DNA of 32,134 bases from Parcubacteria group bacterium GW2011_GWA2_37_10 (GCA_000992015.1 LBSQ01000001.1:19473-51606), one strand, 5' to 3'. Shown: positions 8,906 to 18,937, counted from the stretch's first letter. Numbers and translations: made by a program. The notes: generated by a model from the letters alone, not told the origin.

Positions 8906-9299
8906 TTTTGAGAAACTTTATCACTTTTGCCGGCGCGCCATAAGCAATCACATTATCTGGAATGTCTTTGTTGACAAAACTATATGCTCCAATAATAGAA
9001 TTTTCACCAACAGTAACTCCCGGCATAATTGTAGAATGCGTTCCTATTTTGCAATTCTTTTTTAAAACCACTTTTCCTTTTTTATTATCAATTGTAGAAA
9101 CAGAATAAATTGAGCAATGGGACCCAATCTGAACACCAACGGTAATTTCAATCCCGAACTTTGCATTCATATAAGTAAAAGCGCCAATGTCTGTATTTTT
9201 GCCCAATTTAAGATTTTCCGGGTTTTTAACAACCCAATTATATTTTGTCGGTTTGCCGTCTTCTATTTCCGGCGCTAACCAATTTTTAAATCTGCTCAT
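8895..9299 (-). CDS. Left-handed beta-helix (hexapeptide repeat) acyltransferase
   Basis: VQIGSHCSI, CKIGTHSTIMPGVTVGENSIIGAYSFVNKDIP, GAPAKVIK. Confidence 0.9.
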   Translation of the reverse strand: MSRFKNWLAPEIEDGKPTKYNWVVKNPENLKLGKNTDIGAFTYMNAKFGIEITVGVQIGSHCSIYSVSTIDNKKGKVVLKKNCKIGTHSTIMPGVTVGENSIIGAYSFVNKDIPDNVIAYGAPAKVIKFLKNEI

Positions 9300-9964
9300 T
9301 TTATTTCTCTGACGAGCATAAAGGCTTCTGCATATCTTTTGCCGACCTCCATGCCCCTCTTTTGCGCTAATATTTTTATACCTTCTAAAGACCTTGGGTG
9401 AGGATATTCTTTTAATTCTGACTTATAACACTGTATTGCTTTTATTTTATCATCTAAAAAATCTGAAATATTTTCATAATAATTAGGAGTAAAAATATTT
9501 CCTGCGCCTTGGGCTGGATTAGACCATTCTGTTTCAGACAAAACCTCATAACAAAACACTTTTTTAACAGGAGAATCGGGTCTGGGTCTTACTGCCACCA
9601 AAGCGGATTCAGCAACCAGTTTATGGTCTTTATTAATGTCTCCAGAAAACGGTATAAAAACTATTTCCGGCCCTACTTCTTGAACTACTTTTGAGATAGA
9701 GTCATTTAACTTTTTTTGAGAAATTATATCAAGTTTCACTGTCGGAAAATCTAAAAGAAATAATTTGCTAATTCCGAGTGTTTTTACCGACAACTCTATT
9801 TCTTTTTTCCTGTTTGTTATAAATTCTTCTGACCAGTCTGGAGTATATGCCTTAGTGACAATGCAAAGAAAAACCTCGTCCCCTTTTTCTGAATATTTTT
9901 TTATTGTTCCTCCGCAACCCAAAACCTCGTCGTCCGGATGCGGAGCTATTACTAAAATTTTCAT
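9296..9964 (-). CDS. PIG-L/LmbE family deacetylase
   Basis: IAPHPDDEVLGCGGT, DINKDH, YEVLSETEW, HPRS, AEAF. Confidence 0.92.
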   Translation of the reverse strand: MKILVIAPHPDDEVLGCGGTIKKYSEKGDEVFLCIVTKAYTPDWSEEFITNRKKEIELSVKTLGISKLFLLDFPTVKLDIISQKKLNDSISKVVQEVGPEIVFIPFSGDINKDHKLVAESALVAVRPRPDSPVKKVFCYEVLSETEWSNPAQGAGNIFTPNYYENISDFLDDKIKAIQCYKSELKEYPHPRSLEGIKILAQKRGMEVGKRYAEAFMLVREIK

Positions 9965-10025
9965 AAAAATAACTTATCTTTTTTATTATTCTATATTATC
10001 AGATTTTTGCCTTAAATCAACATAC

Positions 10026-10063
10026 AAAAAAAGGCTGATGCCCGACAAGAGACATCAGCTTTT
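10026..10063 (-). terminator. Intrinsic terminator of the PP2C-like cassette
   Basis: Minus strand GCTGATGTCT-CTTGTC-GGGCATCAGC followed by C and T7. Confidence 0.8.
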
Positions 10064-10067
10064 ACTT

Positions 10068-10946
10068 TTACAACAACTTGATTTCCACTGCAGAAGCCTC
10101 TGGCCAGCCAGTTATATGAGATAGAGAGTCCTCGGTCTCATCTCGCCATTGCAGGACAGTCGGTAAACCACCACTCGCGTAAAGACTCCAAACATTCAAA
10201 GCCGTTCCTTCTTTGCGCGCGGGATTCATCGCCGCTGAAGTAAGCAAACCGTCACTGCCCAGTAGAATAAACTGCGGACGAGATAAACAGTTGATTTTCT
10301 TTACCATCCAGCACTCTTTCAGGGCCGGATCGCCGTTTAACAGGGGATATCCGCCCTTCCCGATGTTCTTGTTGGCGCAACGGATTTTCCTGGCTGAAAA
10401 GATCGGAAAGTAGATATCCCAAGCGCGGCCTTTGTCACCCTCTGTCTGCTTAAAACACTCCGCGATAGTAGCATTCGCTTCCTGCTCGTCTTTGAAAGCG
10501 GCCTGGTCAAACCCGGTAAGAAAAGATATACTATCGTTATACTTGACAAGGGCAAAACAATCCCCAGCGATAACGAAGGTAATTTTTGCCGGACCGAAAT
10601 GGCAAACAGCAAAGCTTGCCCCGCCAACATCTTGCCCCCTTGTAGGATCCTTTCCCTGAACATTGTGGGCCCGGCGAATTCGGCTGTTAGCATTAAGCGC
10701 AAATTCCTCAACATCAACCGGAGCGGACACAGACATCCCAGCCGAACAAAACTCTTTTGTCGCCACTTGTCCTCCGGTAAGACCTCCAGGATATATCAGC
10801 GGCGGATTGCTGGGGCTGTATCCAGCTGAAACACCATCAGATACCCCGAAAAGACCTGCCTGCGCGTTGACGAAAGCCCCATCTTCTTTAGGCGCTTTTT
10901 CGTCAGATGGCGCTCTGTAGAAAGACTTTGCTGAAAAAAATTTCAC
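10068..10946 (-). CDS. PP2C/PPM-fold phosphatase-like protein
   Basis: KEDG (motif 1), FGVSDGVS (motif 2), IAGDC (motif 5), LLGSDGLL (motif 8). GTG start with SD GAGAGG 6 nt upstream; visibly higher GC than neighbours. Confidence 0.7.
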   Translation of the reverse strand: MKFFSAKSFYRAPSDEKAPKEDGAFVNAQAGLFGVSDGVSAGYSPSNPPLIYPGGLTGGQVATKEFCSAGMSVSAPVDVEEFALNANSRIRRAHNVQGKDPTRGQDVGGASFAVCHFGPAKITFVIAGDCFALVKYNDSISFLTGFDQAAFKDEQEANATIAECFKQTEGDKGRAWDIYFPIFSARKIRCANKNIGKGGYPLLNGDPALKECWMVKKINCLSRPQFILLGSDGLLTSAAMNPARKEGTALNVWSLYASGGLPTVLQWRDETEDSLSHITGWPEASAVEIKLL

Positions 10947-10985
10947 CTGAAACCTCTCTTTCTATGGGTTGGTGGATAGTTGCAT

Positions 10986-11034
10986 ATTTTCAAAAATCTA
11001 CTAACATCCTATAATAAAATTATAAATTTGTCAA
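10986..11034 (-). promoter_or_regulatory. Sigma70 promoter plus boxA-like element for the PP2C-like gene
   Basis: TTGACA (11034-11029), 17 nt, TAGGAT (11011-11006), then GATTTTTGAAAAT (10998-10986). Confidence 0.65.
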
Positions 11035-11050
11035 TCATTGACTCCTGCAT

Positions 11051-11752
11051 TTACACTTTATCGGCGGAATTAATAATTTCCAAACTTTTCGGACCGCAAT
11101 TAAATAATAAGTCAATTACGGAAAGGTTTTCTAAAAACGGCGCAAATCTTTGAGAATAAACCGGGTGCTCAAATTCTGAAAAAATAAGTTTGAGATTGTT
11201 TTTTTTCAACTTTTCTTCCTCAATATAAAGTTTCCCTCCAACCCCCGAAAAATAGGTATCAGCCTTAAATTTTTTGCATAATTCAATTATCAAATCGGTT
11301 TTATGGCCTTTAAAATCAAAGCCTGAACTTTTAATAATGGGGGTCTTAATTTCTAACTTTTCTTCCAAATAGCAAATAATGTTTTCATTTAAATCAGAAA
11401 GTTTTTGCCATTTTTGGGAATATAGTTTTTCAAAAAAATCACAATAAACATCAAAAAATGGGGTTTTTTTATAGTTAAAATAAATGGTTTTCCAGTGCTG
11501 TCTTGCCCAAGGGATGGAGTTATCTATTTCTACTTCATTTATTTTTTGATATCCTTTACCACTAGTGACAACCGGCACCGTGAGCCAAAGCCACCCCTGA
11601 GAGTTAGAAGAAGTTCTAATCCGATTCCTATTCTGAAAACTTCCATCGTAAAACTGAACATGGTCAACTAAAATAAACTTGTCAGCCTTTGCTATTTTAT
11701 AAAAAAAGCCGAGGTAAGGAAGGTATTCTGGCTGATGCGCTGAAATAATCAT
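11051..11752 (-). CDS. wbqC: WbqC family protein
   Basis: SAHQPEYLPYLGFFYKI, FQNRNRI, WLTVPV, YFSGVGG, LSVIDLLFNCGP. Confidence 0.92.
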   Translation of the reverse strand: MIISAHQPEYLPYLGFFYKIAKADKFILVDHVQFYDGSFQNRNRIRTSSNSQGWLWLTVPVVTSGKGYQKINEVEIDNSIPWARQHWKTIYFNYKKTPFFDVYCDFFEKLYSQKWQKLSDLNENIICYLEEKLEIKTPIIKSSGFDFKGHKTDLIIELCKKFKADTYFSGVGGKLYIEEEKLKKNNLKLIFSEFEHPVYSQRFAPFLENLSVIDLLFNCGPKSLEIINSADKV

Positions 11753-12372
11753 TTTATGTTTGTTGGTGGAGGGAGATTAATCCCATCTTTGCCATAAACT
11801 CCTTTTCTGGAAAGAACGGCAAAAAAACCAATAAATAATATTTTAAAATCCAGCCATAAAGACTGGTTATCAACATACCATGCATCATATTCTAATCTTT
11901 TTTCCCACGACACCAGCCCCCTGCCCTTAATATCCACCAGGCAGACCAATCCAGGTTTTACTAATAATCTTTTCTTCCATAATTCATTTAAAAAACTGTC
12001 TTGATTCGGATACCTAGGCAATGGCCTTGGTCCGACCAAACCCATATCTCCTTTGATTATATTAATCAACTGTGGCCATTCGTCAAGCGTCCATTCCCTT
12101 AAAAATTTACCTAATTTTGTTATCCGAAAATCATTTTCCGCAGAAGCCAAACCTAGCCCCATATTCTCCGCGTTTCCTACCATTGTCCTAAATTTCCAAA
12201 TTCTAAATATCTTCCCGTTTTTGCCTAACCTTTCTTGTTTAAAAAACACCGGTCCTTTTGAATCCAATTTTATTAGAATAGCCATAAAAACAAAAACAGG
12301 ACTTAAAATAATAAATATGATTAAGGCCGGTAGAAAGTTTGCCGAATTTCTAACAAATTCCTGAAAATTCAT
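11749..12372 (-). CDS. Monotopic phosphoglycosyl transferase (PglC-like initiating sugar transferase)
   Basis: GPVFFKQERLG, KFRTM, LDEWPQL, GDMGLVGPRP, YDAWYV. Confidence 0.92.
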   Translation of the reverse strand: MNFQEFVRNSANFLPALIIFIILSPVFVFMAILIKLDSKGPVFFKQERLGKNGKIFRIWKFRTMVGNAENMGLGLASAENDFRITKLGKFLREWTLDEWPQLINIIKGDMGLVGPRPLPRYPNQDSFLNELWKKRLLVKPGLVCLVDIKGRGLVSWEKRLEYDAWYVDNQSLWLDFKILFIGFFAVLSRKGVYGKDGINLPPPTNIK

Positions 12373-13538
12373 TTTATTTTTTTATCAATAAGCCGCTGAT
12401 ATTCATTTTTTAATCTGTCTAAAACCAATTCATGGCTAAATTCCTTTAAAATCTTTTCTCTGCCGCGCTTGCCCATTTCTTTTGCTATATCCGGGTTGTC
12501 TAAAATGTATAAAATTGCCTCGGTCAGTTTTTCCACATTTTTTACCGGGACCAAAATCCCTGTCTCTCCATTGCTGACCGCCTCAGGGCATCCTCCGGTG
12601 TTGCACGCTATCACCGGTATTTCCATTGAAGACGCTTCTAAAATTGACGCCCCCACTCCTTCTCTGTGAGTTGGTAAAACAAATATATCCATTAATGGAT
12701 ATATTTCATCAACATCGCTTCTTTCTCCTAGAAAAATTACATTTTTTTCTATACCGTATTCTTTGACAACTTCAAGGTCCACTTTATCTTTTTTTTCAGG
12801 CTCTCTTGGACCAACAATCAGGAGCTGGGTATCGGGAAATTTACTAATCGCATGCTTAAATGATTCAAAAAGTTCAAGGTAGCCTTTTTCTTCAACTAGT
12901 CTGGCCACAATGCCGATGACTTTTTTATCTAAGCCTATTCTAAGCCGCTTCTTTTTATTTATAATAAATTTTTCAGAAAATCTTTCGGGATTAAATCTGC
13001 CGGTATCAATGTCTCTGCCCAAATATTTTAACAAATCTGGCCTGCAAATTCTTTCTTCAATTGCTTTTCTAACCACATCTTTGCTCACGGAAAAAATGAC
13101 ATCGGAATACTTAGCTGTAAATCTTTGCAAAAAAGTGAAAAACTTTCTTTGCGTCCAACGCGTATCCGGCGAAAGGTCAAACCCATGCAAAGTATCCATA
13201 ATAATTGGGACGCCGGCTAATTTTGCGGCTAATTGGCCATAGATTTCAGGTTTTGGAGTGTGAGTATGAACTATATCAAACTTCTCTTTTTTGAAATATA
13301 AAAACAGTTGAAAAAAGGCGACTATGTCTGCGCGTGGAGAAAATGACCTTCTCTTAAATCTTATGGTTTTTACCTTAATGCCGCTCTGCCCGATGTCTTT
13401 AATCCATTTCCCCTCAGAGCAGATGGCTGAAACATCGTATCCTTGCTTCTGCAAAAATTTCAGCTGATTCAAAAGCATAAACTTTAAAGTAATATCAACT
13501 GAAGCAACACAGCAAACTTTAATTTTTTTATGTTCCAT
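12369..13538 (-). CDS. Glycosyltransferase family 4
   Basis: HTHTPKP, VARLVEEKG, PTHREGVGASILEA. Confidence 0.92.
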   Translation of the reverse strand: MEHKKIKVCCVASVDITLKFMLLNQLKFLQKQGYDVSAICSEGKWIKDIGQSGIKVKTIRFKRRSFSPRADIVAFFQLFLYFKKEKFDIVHTHTPKPEIYGQLAAKLAGVPIIMDTLHGFDLSPDTRWTQRKFFTFLQRFTAKYSDVIFSVSKDVVRKAIEERICRPDLLKYLGRDIDTGRFNPERFSEKFIINKKKRLRIGLDKKVIGIVARLVEEKGYLELFESFKHAISKFPDTQLLIVGPREPEKKDKVDLEVVKEYGIEKNVIFLGERSDVDEIYPLMDIFVLPTHREGVGASILEASSMEIPVIACNTGGCPEAVSNGETGILVPVKNVEKLTEAILYILDNPDIAKEMGKRGREKILKEFSHELVLDRLKNEYQRLIDKKIK

Positions 13539-13913
13539 ATTTTAGCGTAGCGATATAATTTTCAGCATACCATTTAATCGACAGAGATATTCCTTTTTTA
13601 AGAAAATAATTTGGCTTATACCCTAAAATCATTTTTGCTTTTGAAATATCTGCAACAAATTTTACCACCTCTCCCTTTCGGTTGCCTCTTATGATTATTT
13701 TACTTTTACTGTTTAATTCTTTCTTTATAATTTCGGCGGCTTTAACCAATTTCTCGCCTTTGCCTCCGGCAACATTAAAAATATCGTTATGAATTACCAA
13801 ATCAAAATCAACGGGCAATTTTGCGATATCGCTTTTATTAGAAGTTTTTCAAAAAGTCTGGTGCCAATAGTTCCGCTTGAACCGGTTATTAAAATTTTTT
13901 TAATTCTCTCCAT
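13528..13913 (-). pseudogene. Internally deleted NAD-dependent epimerase/dehydratase remnant
   Basis: ATG at 13913 (TAATG overlap with the GT2 stop) gives MERIKKILITGSSGTIGTRLFEKLL, then a frameshift. The other frame reads KSDIAKLPVDFDLVIH joined directly to the C-terminal NDIFNVAGG...ADISKAKMILGYKP...KWY. The catalytic YxxxK core is absent. Confidence 0.85.
13540..13556 (-). promoter_or_regulatory. Start-proximal conserved motif, copy 2 (before GT4)
   Basis: Minus strand ATATCGCTACGCTAAAA-T-ATG. Confidence 0.6.
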
Positions 13914-14782
13914 TATTTTTTGCTTCGACAAAACGGCAATCTAAACATAAACGCCCGTGATTTAACTAACGTCAAGCGCAACTTCTGTTTTTGCTTATAT
14001 GGCAAAAAAGAATAAAAAAAGCTTGCCCAGCAAAGTAAAATAGCTTTTTTATAACTCGGGTAATCATTTTTGTATTGCTTCCTCATTTTTATATTAAGCC
14101 ATATTTTTCTTCGCGAGCTGTTCTTTCTGGAGAAAAATATTTCACTGCCTTCTTTTTCCAAATAATAAATAAAATATTCCTGAAAATTATAAAATTTAGA
14201 TATTTTGCCCATTTTAAGCCACAAATCTAAATCAGCCGAATAATCAAACAATGCGTTGTAACCTGCGGCTTTTTCCCAAATATCCTTCCTAAAAAGAGCC
14301 GAGCTGTGAGCAATCAGATTATTAGCAGAAAGTATTGATTTTCTAATTTCTCTGTCATGCTCCGGAAATACAAACCTCGCAATTTCATTATTCTTTATAT
14401 CTATTTTTATCATGCCTCCGCCGACTAATCCATAATCATTATTTTTTTCCATAAATTCTACTTGCTTTTTAATTTTTTGGGAATCAATCCAAATATCATC
14501 GTCGTCTAAATTGGCGATATATTTTCCCTTAGTCGCCCTTATTGCTTTATTCAAGCTTTTGTACGAACCTATGTTACTCTTGTTCTTGAAACTTCTAATC
14601 CGCGAATCTTTTTTCAAATACTCAAAAATTATTTTGGGAGTGTCGTCAGTTGAACAATCGTCCGTTATAATCAGCTCTATATTTTTATAGGTTTGCCCCA
14701 ATACGCTGTCAATCGCTTTTTTTATATACTTTGCCCCATTATAGGTAGATATAACAGCTGAGACTAATGGTTGTTGACTCAT
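13913..14782 (-). CDS. Glycosyltransferase family 2
   Basis: PLVSAVISTYN, DDCSTDDT, YIANLDDDD, SADLDLW. Confidence 0.93.
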   Translation of the reverse strand: MSQQPLVSAVISTYNGAKYIKKAIDSVLGQTYKNIELIITDDCSTDDTPKIIFEYLKKDSRIRSFKNKSNIGSYKSLNKAIRATKGKYIANLDDDDIWIDSQKIKKQVEFMEKNNDYGLVGGGMIKIDIKNNEIARFVFPEHDREIRKSILSANNLIAHSSALFRKDIWEKAAGYNALFDYSADLDLWLKMGKISKFYNFQEYFIYYLEKEGSEIFFSRKNSSRRKIWLNIKMRKQYKNDYPSYKKAILLCWASFFYSFLPYKQKQKLRLTLVKSRAFMFRLPFCRSKK

Positions 14783-14804
14783 TTTATTAACTTACTATCG
14801 CGGG

Positions 14805-15761
14805 TTAAATTATTTTTTTCGTTTCTAACCAGACTATCATATCAAGGGGAAACGTTTGCCAATGCTCTTTTATAATTCTAAATTTATTTTTATGCAATAA
14901 ATCAATCAAATCGTCATATTTCCAATGAAAAATGTGGGAGGTAGCCCATCCTTTTTTCTTAAGCGCTTTATTGATCGCCGCTTCAATAAGATTTTTAAAA
15001 CCGCCAATCCGAAATTTGTAAACAACGTCCGAAACTAAGCGGCGCAAAAAAGTATCTCTGTTTTCTGCCCTTGAAAATGATTTTCCGCCAAAAACCGTTG
15101 AACTGATAATTAATATGCCCCCTGTTTTAAGAACACGGTAGGCCTCTTTTATGGCAAGATACGGATCTGAAAAGTGATCCATGGCCGATTTTATATGGAC
15201 AACATCAAAAGTGTTTTTGACAAAAGGAAGATTTTCAGCGCAGCATGCTAAAAAATTACAGGGTTCAAGCAGACGAGGGTAAGCCTTTAACAGATTCGGG
15301 CGCAATTCAAAATTTTCAAACCCGTTTATAAGCGGATCAACGGATATATACAAAGGCACGTTGTCTCTTTTAATAAATTGACGTAGTTTCCCCTCTCCTC
15401 CGCCGATATCAAGCACTTTTCCTTTAATATTAAATTCTTTAGCATATATTTCCTTGAGGGACTCAACTTCATTAGAAAATACTAAAAAATCATCTTTTTT
15501 TGTATAACGTTCAAAATAACCATTCATATAATCATTTTGAACCGCTAACCAATTCTTTAATCCTCTGTTCATACAATAATCGGGTCTATGAATGCGAAAA
15601 TCAAAAACCTTATCCTTTAATCCTCTTTGAGGAATATCCTGCGAAGGATATTTACTGGCGCAAACTTTGCAAATAAACTCCTTGTCCTGTATTTTAAGGG
15701 GCTCCTTGCATAAAGGGCAACAAAGAGTTTTTATGATTTCTGCGTCTAGTTTTACATACAT
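14805..15761 (-). CDS. Class I SAM-dependent methyltransferase with N-terminal Cys4 (Trm112-like) module
   Basis: CPLC...CKVC at the N-terminus, VLDIGGGEG, AENLPF..NTFD, RVLKTGG. Confidence 0.85.
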   Translation of the reverse strand: MYVKLDAEIIKTLCCPLCKEPLKIQDKEFICKVCASKYPSQDIPQRGLKDKVFDFRIHRPDYCMNRGLKNWLAVQNDYMNGYFERYTKKDDFLVFSNEVESLKEIYAKEFNIKGKVLDIGGGEGKLRQFIKRDNVPLYISVDPLINGFENFELRPNLLKAYPRLLEPCNFLACCAENLPFVKNTFDVVHIKSAMDHFSDPYLAIKEAYRVLKTGGILIISSTVFGGKSFSRAENRDTFLRRLVSDVVYKFRIGGFKNLIEAAINKALKKKGWATSHIFHWKYDDLIDLLHKNKFRIIKEHWQTFPLDMIVWLETKKII

Positions 15762-15767
15762 AATTTT

Positions 15768-17060
15768 TTATATCTTGTCGGTATTGTAAATTTCATGCCA
15801 TTTTTTTTTAAAATATAAATAAAAAACCGCCAGTAAAAATAATTCAGTGATAGCCGTGGCAATTATTGCTCCCATCGCATTATATCTAATAATTAAAAAA
15901 TAATTAAGGATAATGTTCAGTATAGACGCAAGCCCGCTGGCCACTAAAACCTTTTTCTGCTCGTTTGAACCGGATAAAAACCAGTTGTAAACATAAGATA
16001 AAGATTTGACCAATATAATAAAAGACAATACTTTTAAAAGCGCAACCGACGCCGAATAATCTAATGAATAAATTTTTATTACAAGAAAATTTGCCGACAA
16101 AAATAATCCGATGCTCAGCAAAAAACCGATGGCAACCATAACCAGCCTATAGTTGAAAAATATTTTTTGTAATTCTGTTTTATTTTTTTCATAAAAATAT
16201 GAAATTTTAGGAAAAAAACTCATGGTAACAACGCTTGGAACGATAAAAACCGCGAGAAACAGGTTATAGGCGGCATTATAATATCCCACCTCCTCCATAT
16301 TAGAAAATATTCCCAACATTACCGAACCCATTACAAAATATATCATATAAAAAATACCTGAAAATAAAAACGGCCAGGCTTTTTTAGCAATTTCTTTCCA
16401 TATTTTGAAGTCAGCCTTAAAAGACGGCCTGAGAAGATATGCTTTAAGAAAAAACAACGAAAAAGAGGCGCCTATAAAACTTGCTATTAAAAATGCGGAA
16501 GAAATAAATAGAACGGAACTTTTGTTTAAAATAAAAAAAGCCGACAGAACCAATAGGCATAAACTTTGCGCTATTCTGCAAACAGCCTCGTACTCCATTT
16601 TTTCGTTAGCTCTGAAAATTGCCTGAAAAAGCGCCGCAAAGTTATTTATTACAATATAAAGACTCAAAAAATAAACTAAATTTATCACCATCGAATCTCT
16701 GCTCAATAGCCTAATTGCTAATGCGGCAAGCGCCGTTACTGCCAGTCCTAAAATTAATTTCATCGTCAAAATATTGCCGATGTACTCAGAAGATTTTGTC
16801 TTATCCCGGGCAAGTTCCCTGATAATTAACATAGTAAAACCAAAATCAACAAATACGGCAAAAAAACTTACAAAGCTCAAAGCAAAACTCCACTTACCGT
16901 AGGTTTGCGGGCCCAAATAACGAGCCAGCCAAATAAAAACCAGAAAATAAATTCCGTTGCTGAAAAACTCGGCTAAAGCAAGCCAAAAGGCATTCTTTAA
17001 AAGGGTTTGTTTAATCCCTAAATTTTCAAAAAAAATAGTTTTGATGATTTTTATTTTCAT
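15768..17060 (-). CDS. wzx: Wzx-type oligosaccharide flippase
   Basis: About 12 TM segments, ARYLGPQTYG, DFG, VGYYNAA, GAIIATAITE. Confidence 0.9.
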   Translation of the reverse strand: MKIKIIKTIFFENLGIKQTLLKNAFWLALAEFFSNGIYFLVFIWLARYLGPQTYGKWSFALSFVSFFAVFVDFGFTMLIIRELARDKTKSSEYIGNILTMKLILGLAVTALAALAIRLLSRDSMVINLVYFLSLYIVINNFAALFQAIFRANEKMEYEAVCRIAQSLCLLVLSAFFILNKSSVLFISSAFLIASFIGASFSLFFLKAYLLRPSFKADFKIWKEIAKKAWPFLFSGIFYMIYFVMGSVMLGIFSNMEEVGYYNAAYNLFLAVFIVPSVVTMSFFPKISYFYEKNKTELQKIFFNYRLVMVAIGFLLSIGLFLSANFLVIKIYSLDYSASVALLKVLSFIILVKSLSYVYNWFLSGSNEQKKVLVASGLASILNIILNYFLIIRYNAMGAIIATAITELFLLAVFYLYFKKKWHEIYNTDKI

Positions 17061-18934
17061 TTTTTATCTATAAATTGTCTGTGCCATAACTCAAAATTTA
17101 AAATCAGCCAAAATTGGGAATCAAGCGGTTGATTTTTATTTTGATAATTTTTGTAGAGTTTTTCCATATATTCAAAATTGAAGTAACCCCTTGATTTGGT
17201 TTTTTTATCAAAAATTATTTCAAATAAATAATTTTTCAATTTTCCCTTAAACCAAATGTTTGTTGGGACGGCGAGACCGTGCTTTATTTTTTTCAAAATT
17301 TTCTTTGGTAAAATGTCTTTCATCGCCTCCTTTAAAATATACTTAGTTTTAAAACCTTTTATTTTATATTTTGCCGGAATTGAATTGGCAAAATCAACCA
17401 AATGATGATTTAAAATAGGAGATCGTGTTTCTAAACCAAATGCCATACTTGCTTTATCAATCTTTTCTAAATAGCAATCGGGTAGCCAGATTTTCTGGTC
17501 TAAATACAAAATTTTATCAAGCAGGTTTTCCGGTTGATAACGGAAAAAATATTTTTTGTAAATTTTGAGAGGGTCTTCCTTAAAAGCGGGCAATTCCGGA
17601 TTAAAAAGGTTGCTAATCATATCCTTGGAAAAAAATGCCAGCCAATTTGTATACCTCGTCAAATCATCTTCAATCGGCATAGTTTGAATGAATTTTTTTG
17701 CACTTCGTAATCCCGGCAGTAGTTCAATGGATTTTTTGAATATGCTACTTTTGAAAAGCCGATTAAAAAGTAAAGTTTTAGAACGGTTGCTCTCGGCAAC
17801 AAAGCGGCGGTAGCCTCCAAAAATTTCGTCGCCGCCTTCGCCAGTCAAAACAACTGTTACATACTTCTTTGCAAATTGGCTAAGGTAAAAAACCGGAAAG
17901 GCGGCGGCATCTCCGAATGGTTCGTCATAGTGATAAACAATCTTGTTTAAGATATTTATTAAATCAGGTTCTTTTAAAAATAATTCGTGGTGTTCGGTTT
18001 TGAAATGATTTGCCACAATTTTGGCATCGGCAAGTTCATTAAATTCTTTGCCGGCAATATCAAAACCGACCGAAAAAGTCCTCAACGGAGAAACTCCATT
18101 TTTTGCCATCATCGCAACTACCGAGCTTGAATCAATTCCTCCGCTTAAAAAAGCGCCAAGAGGAACATTTGATACCAATTCATCCTTAACCCCTTCTTCA
18201 AAAAGTTCTCTTATTCTATTTTTATAATATTCTTCTCCTTTGTCTTCTTTGCGGCTGGGTAGCGCTGCGTCCCAATATTCGCAAATGCTAATTTCTCCAT
18301 TTTTTAAAAAAAGATAATGGCTGGGTAAAAGTTTTTTAATCCCCCGGTAAATAGTATCCGGAGCGATAGAGTGGCCAAAAGTAAAATAATTTATCATACC
18401 TTGGCCGTCTATAATCCTCGGAATACTCCTGTCCTCTAATATCGCTTTTATTTCGGAGCCGAAAACAAATTTTTCTTTATTTAAAAAATAATACAAAGGT
18501 TTCTCTCCCAAACGGTCTCTAGCCAAAAAAATACTCCTATTTTTTTCATTAAATATAGCGAAAGCAAACATTCCGTCAAATTTTTTGACGCACTCATGTC
18601 CCCATTCCTCAAAACTATGCAAAATAACTTCGGTGTCGGTTTTTGATTTAAATTGGTGGCCGATTTTCTCAAGGTCTCTCCTTATCTTTTGAAAGTTGTA
18701 AATTTCGCCGTTAAATACTACTCTCAGAGTTCCGTCTTCGTTTGCCATCGGCTGGCGGCCGGCAACCGAAATATCAATAACCGACAGCCTTCTGTGACCT
18801 AATCCTACGTTTTTGTTTATATAAACACCTCCATCGTCCGGGCCGCGATGGCTTAAGGCATCAACCATTTTTTTAAGCAAAAAAGAATCTACTGGATTTT
18901 CTTTTAGGTTATAAATTCCGGCAATTCCACACAT
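17057..18934 (-). CDS. asnB: Asparagine synthase-like glutamine amidotransferase (probably glycan amidation, WbpS-like)
   Basis: MCGIAG, HRGPD, GHRRLSVID, FNGEIYN, LSGGIDSS, LTGEGGDE; located inside the glycan cluster. Confidence 0.93.
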   Translation of the reverse strand: MCGIAGIYNLKENPVDSFLLKKMVDALSHRGPDDGGVYINKNVGLGHRRLSVIDISVAGRQPMANEDGTLRVVFNGEIYNFQKIRRDLEKIGHQFKSKTDTEVILHSFEEWGHECVKKFDGMFAFAIFNEKNRSIFLARDRLGEKPLYYFLNKEKFVFGSEIKAILEDRSIPRIIDGQGMINYFTFGHSIAPDTIYRGIKKLLPSHYLFLKNGEISICEYWDAALPSRKEDKGEEYYKNRIRELFEEGVKDELVSNVPLGAFLSGGIDSSSVVAMMAKNGVSPLRTFSVGFDIAGKEFNELADAKIVANHFKTEHHELFLKEPDLINILNKIVYHYDEPFGDAAAFPVFYLSQFAKKYVTVVLTGEGGDEIFGGYRRFVAESNRSKTLLFNRLFKSSIFKKSIELLPGLRSAKKFIQTMPIEDDLTRYTNWLAFFSKDMISNLFNPELPAFKEDPLKIYKKYFFRYQPENLLDKILYLDQKIWLPDCYLEKIDKASMAFGLETRSPILNHHLVDFANSIPAKYKIKGFKTKYILKEAMKDILPKKILKKIKHGLAVPTNIWFKGKLKNYLFEIIFDKKTKSRGYFNFEYMEKLYKNYQNKNQPLDSQFWLILNFELWHRQFIDKK

Positions 18935-18937
18935 ATG

